Part shown: one piece after another, positions 29,085 through 38,585 of the stretch
Numbering within the stretch: the first letter of the stretch is position 1
Layout: each line of letters begins with the position of its first letter
Assembly: GCA_013331015.1 (NCBI GenBank)
Contig: DUHF01000167.1
Location: forward strand, 1 to 41,429
DNA from: Methanoregula sp.
GTDB lineage: Archaea > Halobacteriota > Methanomicrobia > Methanomicrobiales > Methanospirillaceae
Direction of reading: 5' to 3'
DNA: 41,429 nucleotides
Made by a program: the position numbers and the translations under genes
The notes under the pieces: generated by a model
Database searches by the model: none
What the model was told of the DNA's origin: nothing
The model's input: only the letters and a program-made list of their open reading frames with translations

Positions 29085-32000
29085 GTGGATGAACTGCTCC
29101 GTGAAGCAGTTGCCCGGATAGCCGGGCCGGGGCAGGTCGTCGAGGTCCGTGCGCTTGCGGACCTGAACACGCACAGCGGGTACTTCAATGACTTTGACGC
29201 GCTTGTGCGCCAGGTTGATGCTCTGGGTACTGACTCCTCAATCCAGGGCATCTACATCACTCTCAACGAAGTGAACCCCGCGCTCTTCTCACGGAGGGCG
29301 AACCGGATTAAGATGCGGCTCGGGAAAAAAGACAGTTCAACGAGCGACGCGGATATCTTGCGCCGCCGCTGGCTGCCCATCGACATCGATCCGCTGCGAC
29401 CGAGCGGGGTATCGAGCACTGATGAAGAGCACGGGCTGGCGCTGGCGAAAGCCGATGAGATTGCCCGGTGGATCACCGGGCTCGGCTTCCCGGACCCGGT
29501 CCGGGCGGACTCGGGCAACGGTGCGCACTTACTCTACCGCATCGACCTGCCGAATGATGATGCTGCAACGGCGCTCGTGAAGGCGTGCCTCACGACGCTT
29601 GACACGCTCTTCTCGGACGAGCGGGTGAGCGTGGATACGGCGAACTTCAACGCGGCCCGCATCTGGAAGCTCTACGGGACCGTATCCCGGAAGGGTGACA
29701 GCACTTCCGAACGTCCGCACCGGAGGAGCCGCATTATCTCGGCCCCGGATGTGCCCGGTGTGGTGACCTGCGAACAATTGGCAACAATTGTCGCCCGGCT
29801 CCCGACCGAGGCCCAGGCAACGCAGCCGCCCAAGGCAAAAGACAAAGGCATTGACCTGCGCCGATGGTTATCCGATCACGGGGTTGGCGTGCAGTCCGAT
29901 AAGCCGTACAGTGGCGGGACGCTCTACACGCTCGACCAGTGCCCGTTCTCATCCGCACATAAGGACGGGGCCTTTGCGATCCAGTTCGGGAGCGGTGCGA
30001 TCTTTGCGGGATGCAAGCACGCATCCTGCGGGGGTGGTACTCAGCGGTGGCAGGAATTGCGGGAGAAGTATGAGCCGGGAAAGAAGCGTCCCGTATCCAA
30101 ACCGGAGAGCCCCCCGCCCGGGATCCTGCCGGGTCCCGCACCGGGCCCCGAGGATAAACACGCGGATGAGGCCCTGCTGGTGCTGCGGTCCGGTAACCCC
30201 ATCCGGACCATGCTCCGGACCTTCGCGCTCGATCACGAAGGCGACGAAACAGTGGCCGAGTGCCTGATCATGTCGCTTGCATCCCGCTCGGTCCTCAACA
30301 CGACCGGATTGCATGTCTCCGTATCCGGGGAGAGCGGGAAGGGAAAATCGCACGCCTTCTCGACCCTGATCCGGCAGGTTCCCGAGCGTCACCTGTTGGC
30401 CGGCTCGATGTCGAACAAGGCCCTGTTCTACATCGACAATCTCCAGCCCGGTACCGTGATCGTGCTCGATGACACGAGCCTCTCGGACGATATGACCGAG
30501 ATCCTCAAGGGTGTCACGACCTCATTCAGAAAACCCTTCATGTACCGGACCGTGAACAAGGACCGGAAAGGGTTCGTCTGTACTATTCCGGAGCGGTGCG
30601 TCTGGTGGGTGGCGAAGGTCGAAGGCAGCGGTGACGACCAGGTATTCAACCGGATGCTCACCTGCTGGATAGATGATACGATCGAACAGGACAACCGGGT
30701 CCTCACCCGGATTCTGGAGGACAGCGAGGCCCTGCCCGAGCACGGCGAAGAGGAGCGGCCCGATGTGCTGATGTGCCGGTCCATCTGGGAAGCACTCGGG
30801 CGCGAGCGGCTGCATGTCGTTATCCCCTTTGCAAAACGGATCCGGTTCCAGAGCCAGACGAACCGCCGGAACCCGGAGATGCTGCTGGGCCTGGTGAAAG
30901 CCCATACCCTACTCTTCTCGCTCCAGCGTGAACGGCAGGAAGTGAATGGGGTGCCCTGCATAACAGCGACCCGGGCGGATTTCGACGGCGCAGCCCGGCT
31001 CTATAGTCTGCTGAACGGCTCGGCCGGTGGGCAGACCACGAAACTTACGAAGATGGAATCGGACCTGGTCGGGGATATCTCAACCCTGCACTGGATCGAG
31101 TTCACGATCCCGATGCTCCAGAAGGCCACGGGCCTGTCGAACGCGGTTCTGCACCGGCTGATCCACGGCTACACGAGCCGGGGTGCTACTTATTCCGGGC
31201 TGCTGGAGAAGTGCCCGGCGATCGCGTACACTGACCGCACGGTTGTCTCGGAAGATGAGCAGACCGGTTATTCCACCCGGCGGAGGACGAATGCATACAC
31301 GTTCGATCACGAATTGTTCAAAATATGGATGGCAGGCGGCACGGTCTGGCTCGATGACAGCCAAGGTCCGGACCGTGATGACCCTACGGAATCACGGCAG
31401 TCCAGCTGCACTATTACGGAAGGTTCCGTGAGATCGAAAGCCGCTGATTCCAGCGGGGAATCTGATGTACTTTGTACAAATACTTCTTTTAGTGTACAAA
31501 AGAGTGAATCCGGTGGAAAAACGGATCTCACTAATGGGGATGTAGCAGCGGGTCCATCTGCATGTTCATACGCTTGTGACTCCGGAAATTCCGTGATACC
31601 GGAATCGAAAACCGAGCCGGGGCTGCGGAACGGTGAACCGGAAGGTCCCAAGCCTTCGATTACCTCACGGAAACCTGCAGAACACTCCGCCGGTATGGGT
31701 ATTTCTGCTGCCGGACCGGAAAACCGACCGGTGGCCGGCAATCCCACGGAACGCCGGTCCATCAAGGCAACCGATTACAAAAAACTCGAGATCCCGGAGG
31801 GGCGAACAGTCTGTTATTGTTGCAATCGGAAGGGAGCCTTGTATGTTGAGAAATTTACTGCCGAGCGGAAGGCTCGCCCGAAGGACCAGCAGGACGCCCG
31901 CCGGGTCTGCAAAGCCTGCTACAATGCCGCAGTCCAGAAGAAGCGGACCGAATCCCCGCCCCTGCCCGGGACAATTCCCCTGGCATCGATGCAGCGGATC

Positions 32001-32159
32001 AGCAGCAGCGTAGGCCGGTGCTCGGTCTGTGACCTGGCCCCTGCCGTGTATCTCGACCGCGAGACCGGTATCCGGCTCTGTGAGCCCTGTTATTCGCGGG
32101 AAGCGATGCAGCAGACGCAGCGGCTTGCATCGGTATCTCCACCGGGAGGCGGGGGATAA
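29085..32159 (+). CDS. Putative replication protein: AEP-type primase, Zn finger, P-loop helicase-like ATPase and C-terminal Cys-rich domain
   Basis: WLPIDID, DSGNGAHL, CPF...H...CKHASC, Walker A GESGKGKS, Walker B IVLDD, CYCC/CKAC/CSVC/CEPC; AGGTGA RBS before the GTG. Confidence 0.75.
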   Translation: MDELLREAVARIAGPGQVVEVRALADLNTHSGYFNDFDALVRQVDALGTDSSIQGIYITLNEVNPALFSRRANRIKMRLGKKDSSTSDADILRRRWLPIDIDPLRPSGVSSTDEEHGLALAKADEIARWITGLGFPDPVRADSGNGAHLLYRIDLPNDDAATALVKACLTTLDTLFSDERVSVDTANFNAARIWKLYGTVSRKGDSTSERPHRRSRIISAPDVPGVVTCEQLATIVARLPTEAQATQPPKAKDKGIDLRRWLSDHGVGVQSDKPYSGGTLYTLDQCPFSSAHKDGAFAIQFGSGAIFAGCKHASCGGGTQRWQELREKYEPGKKRPVSKPESPPPGILPGPAPGPEDKHADEALLVLRSGNPIRTMLRTFALDHEGDETVAECLIMSLASRSVLNTTGLHVSVSGESGKGKSHAFSTLIRQVPERHLLAGSMSNKALFYIDNLQPGTVIVLDDTSLSDDMTEILKGVTTSFRKPFMYRTVNKDRKGFVCTIPERCVWWVAKVEGSGDDQVFNRMLTCWIDDTIEQDNRVLTRILEDSEALPEHGEEERPDVLMCRSIWEALGRERLHVVIPFAKRIRFQSQTNRRNPEMLLGLVKAHTLLFSLQRERQEVNGVPCITATRADFDGAARLYSLLNGSAGGQTTKLTKMESDLVGDISTLHWIEFTIPMLQKATGLSNAVLHRLIHGYTSRGATYSGLLEKCPAIAYTDRTVVSEDEQTGYSTRRRTNAYTFDHELFKIWMAGGTVWLDDSQGPDRDDPTESRQSSCTITEGSVRSKAADSSGESDVLCTNTSFSVQKSESGGKTDLTNGDVAAGPSACSYACDSGNSVIPESKTEPGLRNGEPEGPKPSITSRKPAEHSAGMGISAAGPENRPVAGNPTERRSIKATDYKKLEIPEGRTVCYCCNRKGALYVEKFTAERKARPKDQQDARRVCKACYNAAVQKKRTESPPLPGTIPLASMQRISSSVGRCSVCDLAPAVYLDRETGIRLCEPCYSREAMQQTQRLASVSPPGGGG

Positions 32160-32414
32160 CTATTCCGTTAGCTCTCGCACGAGAGCACCGAGCACTACAC
32201 TCACCAGTACGTGCTCGATGCGGTGGATACTTTCGCTTCGCACCGGATATACTATCGATTTATAGGTAAGACGATAATATTCACATAACCACGACAAATT
32301 CACGGTTATCCTAAAGGTGCTCTTGAATGAACGATACAAAATTTTTGAACAAGATCTCCCGGTAGGATTGTAACAATCACGATTATGACCATGATAACAA
32401 CCACAAGCCGGACA

Positions 32415-33884
32415 ATGGCAACAATCCGCATATTTGTCAGCGGTGTGCAAAAGGAATTGAAAGCGGAGAGGGTGGCGGTCCGTGATTACATAAGAGCGGA
32501 TCCGCTGCTCAAGCGTTACTTTGAAACATTTCTTTTCGAAGATCTTCCTGCACTTGATCGTAAACCGGATGAATTGTATCTGAATGAAGTCGATGCATGC
32601 ACGATATACCTGGGAATTTTTGGTAATGAATACGGTTCTGAGAACGAACGGGGCATTTCTCCTACAGAACTTGAGTTTGACCGTGCAACGGAGAAAAGCA
32701 AATACAGGTTAATTCTTGTGAAGGGGAAAGATGAGATTAAACGTCATCCGAAGATGCAGAATCTTATCAATAGGGCAACACCTCATGTTGTGCGACGACG
32801 TTTCATCAACAGAGAGGGTTTGAAAAAGGAATTGTTGAATGCATTAGTTCAATTTCTGTGCGACAAGAAAATAATCCCCAGTACTCCCTTCGATGAATAT
32901 CCCTGCACCGGAGCGACGTTAAAAGATATCTCCGATGAAAAAATTGCCTGGTTTATTCCGGTGGCAAGAAAAGAAAGGAAATACCCCTTAACGATTGGTA
33001 CCCCGACCGAACGTGTTCTGGAGAAACTCGAACTTATGGAAGGGACAAAACCCAACAATGCAGCAATTCTCCTCTTTGGGCTTACTCCTCAAAAATTTTT
33101 GCCATCTGCCGAGATAAAATGCCTACACTTTCATGGAACCGTAATCGCAAAACCGATTCCTTCTCATCAGGTGTTTACAGGATCTGTATTTGATCAAGTT
33201 GATCAAGCAACCGATTTTGTCATGTCAAAACTCTATCGTCGTGTCCCGCCCCGTGATACAACTCCTGTCAGTGACACGGAATATGAGATTCCAAAAGAGG
33301 TAATCAATGAAGCCATTGTCAATGCCATCGCTCACCGGGATTATTCATCCCAGGCAAGTGTTCAGGTGTATGTTTTTTCCGATCGCGTTGAGGTCAGGAA
33401 TCCCGGCGAGCTTCCACGGGACCTTACCTTTGAAAACCTGAAAGTTCAGCATAACTCCCGTCCCCGCAATCTCCGTATTGCGCGGGTGTTATTCCTCGCT
33501 CATTATATCGAAACAATCGGGTACGGGACGCTCCAGATGATTGACGGGTGTAAGGCTGTCGGCCTGCCGGAACCGGATTTTGCCCAAAGTGGCGGTGAGT
33601 TTGTTGTTACGATCTGGCGGGACTGGCTTACAGACTCGATTATAGCGGGACTGGGACTCAATGAACGACAGAAGAAGATCATTGTCTTTGTTAAAAGCAA
33701 TGCCAGGATTTCAAATACTGAATGTCAGAATCTTACCGGCGCAACCCGGAAAACGACGAGCCGTGATCTCGAAGATCTTGTAAACGCCGGTCTTCTGATT
33801 CGTGTCGGAGAGAGACGCGGAGCTCATTATGTACTTTCCCGGGTAAAAAACAAAGAACCGGTCAGAGAAGATTTTACGTCATGA
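32415..33884 (+). CDS. DUF4062 plus HATPase_c_4 plus wHTH protein (RecG-C-like annotation class)
   Basis: RIFVSGVQKELKAER...YGS...SPTELEF (DUF4062); EAIVNAIAHRDY, DRVEVRNPG and RN..IA (HATPase_c_4); LNERQ...SRDLEDLV HTH. Confidence 0.8.
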   Translation: MATIRIFVSGVQKELKAERVAVRDYIRADPLLKRYFETFLFEDLPALDRKPDELYLNEVDACTIYLGIFGNEYGSENERGISPTELEFDRATEKSKYRLILVKGKDEIKRHPKMQNLINRATPHVVRRRFINREGLKKELLNALVQFLCDKKIIPSTPFDEYPCTGATLKDISDEKIAWFIPVARKERKYPLTIGTPTERVLEKLELMEGTKPNNAAILLFGLTPQKFLPSAEIKCLHFHGTVIAKPIPSHQVFTGSVFDQVDQATDFVMSKLYRRVPPRDTTPVSDTEYEIPKEVINEAIVNAIAHRDYSSQASVQVYVFSDRVEVRNPGELPRDLTFENLKVQHNSRPRNLRIARVLFLAHYIETIGYGTLQMIDGCKAVGLPEPDFAQSGGEFVVTIWRDWLTDSIIAGLGLNERQKKIIVFVKSNARISNTECQNLTGATRKTTSRDLEDLVNAGLLIRVGERRGAHYVLSRVKNKEPVREDFTS

Positions 33885-33909
33885 AAGATTGAAGATCAGG
33901 AAAAATAAT

Positions 33910-34043
33910 ATGGGACATTTATGGGACATATGAGACATGCACCATATTATTCCCGGAAAAATGGTCACATAAGGGCCTAAGGGACCACGAGAAATCAGGA
34001 TAAATGAGATTAGAATGGGACATTAATGAGACATATGAGACAT
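33910..34043 (+). repeat. Six copies of ATGRGACAT in two identically spaced triplets
   Basis: Copies start at 33910, 33921, 33930 and 34015, 34026, 34035. Confidence 0.75.
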
Positions 34044-34209
34044 TGCTCCACGGATATACCGGCTGGTGTATTGTACATAACCGGTAATCGTCCGTTCACC
34101 CCCGCTTAACTCCTCTCAACAATCACCCACACTCATCATCAAGTCACGCTTATATCACTGTGAGTAATATGAGAATATAGCCCACGGGCCCGGGGCTGGA
34201 GAAAAAAGT

Positions 34210-34713
34210 ATGGCAGATTTCGTACAGAACTCACAGACCAAGAGCGCAATCCGCGAACTCGCGGAACCAATCGCAGACGTTGCGACGTTCAATTCAATCG
34301 TCCAGTCGGTCATCACCGACAACCCGTTTGCATGCGTATTGTATATGTCCGCCGGGGTGACCCATGACCCGGTTGAAAAGACCAAGGAAGGGTACACGGT
34401 GAAGGTTATCTACCAGGATACCGATGCAAAGATTGTCGGCAACCTGTCGGACAAGTTCAGCACTATCGCCGGGTTCAATGCAGGGGCCACTGCGATTCTC
34501 GCAAACACGGCCCTCTCGACCGCTCACGGCGGCACTCCCGTTCGTGACACTGACAACGAAGCGTTCAGCGCGACGCTCAAGTGCCACGACCCGAACGGCG
34601 AACTGTACATGGTGAACTTCAGCCGTGGACGAGTCACCCTCACGTCCTACTCGGATGAAGCCATCCGGACCCGGGTCGAGACCTGGGCGGACACCGTAAC
34701 GGCACTCGCCTAG
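34210..34713 (+). CDS. Hypothetical protein
   Basis: 167-aa ORF with GGAG upstream and a terminator-like hairpin downstream. Confidence 0.75.
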   Translation: MADFVQNSQTKSAIRELAEPIADVATFNSIVQSVITDNPFACVLYMSAGVTHDPVEKTKEGYTVKVIYQDTDAKIVGNLSDKFSTIAGFNAGATAILANTALSTAHGGTPVRDTDNEAFSATLKCHDPNGELYMVNFSRGRVTLTSYSDEAIRTRVETWADTVTALA

Positions 34714-34735
34714 AATCGCCTGACGATAAGACACG

Positions 34736-34769
34736 GAGGGGAGGCGACCCTTCGGTCCCCTCTCTTTTT
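34736..34769 (+). terminator. Hairpin followed by a T tract
   Basis: GAGGGGA...TCCCCTC followed by TCTTTTT. Confidence 0.5.
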
Positions 34770-34799
34770 GGTCCTCTCGTCTTTGTGCGGAGGACCGTT

Positions 34800-34964
34800 A
34801 TGGACACTGAAACATTAGGGATTCTTCTTGGAGTTGTGCTCCCGCTGTATCCCGTGCTGTTTGCCATCCATCAGAAGATCGGCAAATATGATGAGATCGT
34901 TGAGGAGTTCAAGAAACTCCGGAGCGAACACGAACGACACAAGGAGAACTATCATGGAAACTGA
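34800..34964 (+). CDS. Small single-pass membrane protein (54 aa, below the ORF track cutoff)
   Basis: GGAGG RBS; MDTETLGILLGVVLPLYPVLFAIHQKIGKYDEIVEEFKKLRSEHERHKENYHGN; overlaps the next start. Confidence 0.6.
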   Translation: MDTETLGILLGVVLPLYPVLFAIHQKIGKYDEIVEEFKKLRSEHERHKENYHGN

Positions 34965-35436
34965 AATGAGAACACAGCCGGTTGCAACCGTGACCGGTCT
35001 GTACCGGGGCAAATTCGGCGGGCTTGAACCGCTCACCGTAGACAAGCCGCTCACCCGGGATGAAGTGCGGCGCAATCCTATCTTCTACGAACTGGACCTG
35101 CACCCGGAGCAGGGCGATGAGAACCTGATCATCGATGTGATTTACGACAACCTCGCGCCCATGCGGTTGCAGGACCTGCGCCGGGGTACGGATATCCCGC
35201 GAGGAGTCCGGTTCTGGCCGGACTGGTTCGATATTCCTCCCTATGAGGAGATGCATGACATCGATGGTCGCCGTGTTTACCCGCGATCGCCAGGTATCCA
35301 CACGGTCCAGATCCGGACCGGTCGGCGCAAGTTTGCTCAGATGGGGCGGGTCCGGGACTTCAGCCCGGAGAATGGCGGATACACGAGCCCGGTGTTTGAG
35401 ATCCGGATTGCGGAGAGTACCGATGTTCGAGAATGA
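34954..35436 (+). CDS. Hypothetical protein
   Basis: ATG 34954 after AAGGAG; overlaps both neighbours. Confidence 0.65.
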   Translation: METEMRTQPVATVTGLYRGKFGGLEPLTVDKPLTRDEVRRNPIFYELDLHPEQGDENLIIDVIYDNLAPMRLQDLRRGTDIPRGVRFWPDWFDIPPYEEMHDIDGRRVYPRSPGIHTVQIRTGRRKFAQMGRVRDFSPENGGYTSPVFEIRIAESTDVRE

Positions 35437-36007
35437 GCTGCAAACCCGGGCCGCCATCTGCGGGACCGGGGTCCTGCTCGGGATTGTTTTTGTCCTGGCA
35501 CATCTTCCCCTTCTGCTTCTCATCGTACCGGTCGCGGTGCTGTTTCTTGGTCTCGTTTCGGACCCGGAAGAAACGCACGCGGTTTGGTACGGGATGCTGA
35601 ACACGTTCGGCATCTTTGATTTTTCTGCGCTGACAGATGCGGAACGAGTGAACTACACGCAGAAAAAACATTACTTCTGGTTTGGGGAGGTCGGCATGGC
35701 GGCTGTGCTGGCCGGTGTGTTTGCGGTCCCGGTCGGGATCTTCCTTGCAGACCGGGCGGAGATCTCCCTGGCATTCATCAGCGCTGCGGTTCTGTTCCTG
35801 CCGCTGTTTGTGTTCCTGCCTAAGCTGATGCAGTGGGCAATGAAGGCGGACACGGATGCGGTGATTAATATGTTCGGGAAGAACGAGCAGGTCAAAAAAG
35901 TATTCTGGACCTTGTTCGTGATGATGGCCGGTCTCGTGCTGGCCCGGGTGGTGGACCCGGTGACAGCTCAGCAGGTGGTCGGGATTATTGCGGGGATGGG
36001 GATATAA
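35423..36007 (+). CDS. Multi-pass membrane protein
   Basis: ATG 35423 after GGAG; several long hydrophobic segments. Confidence 0.65.
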   Translation: MFENELQTRAAICGTGVLLGIVFVLAHLPLLLLIVPVAVLFLGLVSDPEETHAVWYGMLNTFGIFDFSALTDAERVNYTQKKHYFWFGEVGMAAVLAGVFAVPVGIFLADRAEISLAFISAAVLFLPLFVFLPKLMQWAMKADTDAVINMFGKNEQVKKVFWTLFVMMAGLVLARVVDPVTAQQVVGIIAGMGI

Positions 36008-36704
36008 CCCTCATTTATCCTTCGTCGGAGATGCCTATAATCAGGAGGTAAGAACCCTGAGGGAAAATAAGCCCAATTCGGGCTCCGTTTGTCATACCCT
36101 CATCTAGAAAACCCCGTAAAACCGTCCGTTTCGGCACTTGTGAAAAATACGCTTAATTATCGCTCTGTTTGCCAAAATACGGCAGAATTCCATCTCTCCT
36201 AAAGCCCGCCAAAGGCCCTTAAATCGATGCTATTTTCGCCCCTTAATTTATCCCATCCGGACCCCGAAAAGGTTGCCGGAATGCGAATATGAGGGTCGTT
36301 TTTTCCGGGGATGTCTAAAAAACAGGGTTTTAGCCTGGAATAAGGGGAGCCGGTCGCGGAGCGGGGGCGAGCACGGCGAAGCTGTGCGAAGCGTGCGACG
36401 CGGGCGGCGGTTCAAGCGTGTGACAAATACAGCGAGAAAATTTACGGAGGAGGTTACACTCAACGGGGCTCCGCCCCTCGCCGCGTGGGCTTCCCCAACG
36501 GGAACTTGTTTTGTGGTTCATGAAGATCGGTCGGTCATGTTCACTCGTCCTCGCTTCGGCTCCGGCTCGCTTCACATCACCTCCCTTGCTTTTCCGGAGT
36601 TGTCCTGTTGAGATGTAGTACGCCCCTGGCTTGTCGCGCTGCTCCGGCGCCAGCGGCTGCTCCCGCCCGCTCCTCACATACCGCTTCGCGGAATGTTTGT
36701 CGCT
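36008..36704 (+). repeat. Long non-coding repeat R1, copy 3
   Basis: Aligns with copy 1 along its whole length, e.g. TAAGCCCAATTCGGGCTCCGTTTG. Confidence 0.85.
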
Positions 36705-36822
36705 TTGTATGTTTTGAAGGCGACAACAGTACAAAAATGTGCGGATATCATTCAACCATCCTAAAGAATTTGGTAAAAAATGTGTTGGATTTAGTAAAAC
36801 GCTCGTCATCATAACTTTTAAC

Positions 36823-37614
36823 TTACTTCTCTTTTTGGTAAGGATGGTTTTCACTAAACCAGTCAAAAAAATCTAAACTATGCTGAAATTTCGGTTTTGC
36901 GATTTCAGGTTGTGGAATTTTAATTAAATCTTTTAATAATGCATCCCTAGGCGTGTCTTGTTGTTTATCTGTAGAAGAAAAATATTTAACCGGCCATGCA
37001 ATACTTAAAAACTTTTTAGTATTTTCACCCGTCGAACTGTGGGATAATGGCACGTCATAGAGAACTAATTCTTTTTCAAGGTTTTTCAAAGATATTTCGC
37101 TTGAATTATATCTCGGTTTTCGTTTTTCTTCTTCGATCACAGAATCTACCCACAATTTTGATTTTGGAGAGAAAATTACCCCAAACCAATTAGCGGATTC
37201 ATACCATTCATGAGCATCAAATATTGCCGGGCCAAGTACGGTAGTCCCTAAATCATTTTTTTCAAAAATATAATCTCCAACTGAAATGCACCCTCTGAAT
37301 AAAATCCCATTCTCAATGCCCCATTTTATTATATGATTTGTTCTGCTGACTACTTCGTACAATTTGAAATATTTACAATTTTTTTCATCGTGTTGCCAAC
37401 AAATAATTATTGTATCTCCAAATTCGGATATCTGAATTTTTTCAGTATAGACTTCCCCAAAGACAAATTCATACATTCCTTTTATCAATTGTATAGTAGT
37501 GTTTAGGGTAGCTCTCTTCTCTAAAAATTGAATACATTGCTTATTTGTGAAACCAGAAATCCCCAAGGCATCTATCATTAAAACGATTCCAAAATTCTCT
37601 TGAATTTCTGCCAT
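36823..37614 (-). CDS. AT-rich orphan with class III nucleotidyl cyclase-like motifs
   Basis: IDALG, FGDT, FRGCISVG and GPA..DA...E resemble the adenylate/guanylate cyclase fold; visibly more AT-rich than its flanks. Confidence 0.6.
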   Translation of the reverse strand: MAEIQENFGIVLMIDALGISGFTNKQCIQFLEKRATLNTTIQLIKGMYEFVFGEVYTEKIQISEFGDTIIICWQHDEKNCKYFKLYEVVSRTNHIIKWGIENGILFRGCISVGDYIFEKNDLGTTVLGPAIFDAHEWYESANWFGVIFSPKSKLWVDSVIEEEKRKPRYNSSEISLKNLEKELVLYDVPLSHSSTGENTKKFLSIAWPVKYFSSTDKQQDTPRDALLKDLIKIPQPEIAKPKFQHSLDFFDWFSENHPYQKEK

Positions 37615-37742
37615 CTCAATATAATTCTATACTCTAAACACTTCTTAACATTTGTCGAAAAATTATCTATTTCGCTTGTTAATTCGGTGGCATCAGTCAC
37701 TTCTCACAACGGACTCGATACTTATCTTTCTGAATCTGTATA

Positions 37743-38083
37743 ACGCTCAGTGACTCGTCCGCACGACGCATCAGGGGCTCGGACTCACCGCTGATGCGGT
37801 TCGTTACCTTCGCACCCTGAAGCGGTGCTCCCTCGGGCCGCTGGGCCGGGACAGGATAGCCCCCTGATGGGGGCACGGGATCGGTGTACGGGGGGGAAGA
37901 CAAAGCGACGGTTACCGGACGCATCAGCGGACGGTCGCTCGCTTTGTCGGGCGGGTCCTGCTCTGGCGATCGCATGCCAACAGGACAACGTAAAAATTTC
38001 CTGCAGCGTGGGCGGGTCATGGCTACACGGCGCGGTTACGGGGCGCATCAGCGACCTGTCGCGCTGTGTGCCTGGGCGGGCCA
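37743..38083 (+). repeat. Structured repeat R2, left copy
   Basis: Matches the reverse complement of 40358-40807. Confidence 0.85.
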
Positions 38084-38195
38084 AGCGTAAACAAAATTCT
38101 ACGCAAAAACGTTATTTCGTAAATCGGGCAATGCAGCGCTTTCACTTTCACACTGCGCACGGCGGAGACATATAAGCGCTAACGTCTAAGAATGT

Positions 38196-38585
38196 ATGGT
38201 GAAAAACACCATGACTCCAACAAAAAACACAGATGTAAAGTTCGAGCACATAGGGGCCGCGCGCCTCTATAACGGCTCGGTCCGTATCGATGTCAAGACC
38301 ATGCAGGCAGTTATCCCAGCCGGGGAAGTCCGAAGGCTCGAAGACCACTGGCCCGCACCGGTCTTTGACATATCTGATGTAATGAAAAACTCGGAAGCGG
38401 CACCGGTCGGGAAGGCATGGATCACCCGGTCCGGTAAAGCGGTGATGATCACGATCAACGATGTGCAGTATGTCTCCCCGCTCGCGCAGGTAAAAGGCAT
38501 GCTCCGGGGTGAGCGAAAATACGCGAACGTTTCAAGCATGCAGCCCGTGACCACAGCCTCCCAGCCCGCCGGGGTGCACGCATGA
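38196..38585 (+). CDS. Hypothetical protein
   Basis: 129-aa ORF coupled to ardC by an ATGA overlap. Confidence 0.65.
   Translation: MVKNTMTPTKNTDVKFEHIGAARLYNGSVRIDVKTMQAVIPAGEVRRLEDHWPAPVFDISDVMKNSEAAPVGKAWITRSGKAVMITINDVQYVSPLAQVKGMLRGERKYANVSSMQPVTTASQPAGVHA

Noticed and set aside
33910-34043. Possible CRISPR array
   Set aside because: Units are 9 bp with 0-2 bp gaps, there are no spacer-sized intervals, and no cas genes are present.
37697-38175. ORFs inside the R2 repeats (also 40146-40958)
   Set aside because: They lie in GC-rich structured repeats and are not preserved between copies.
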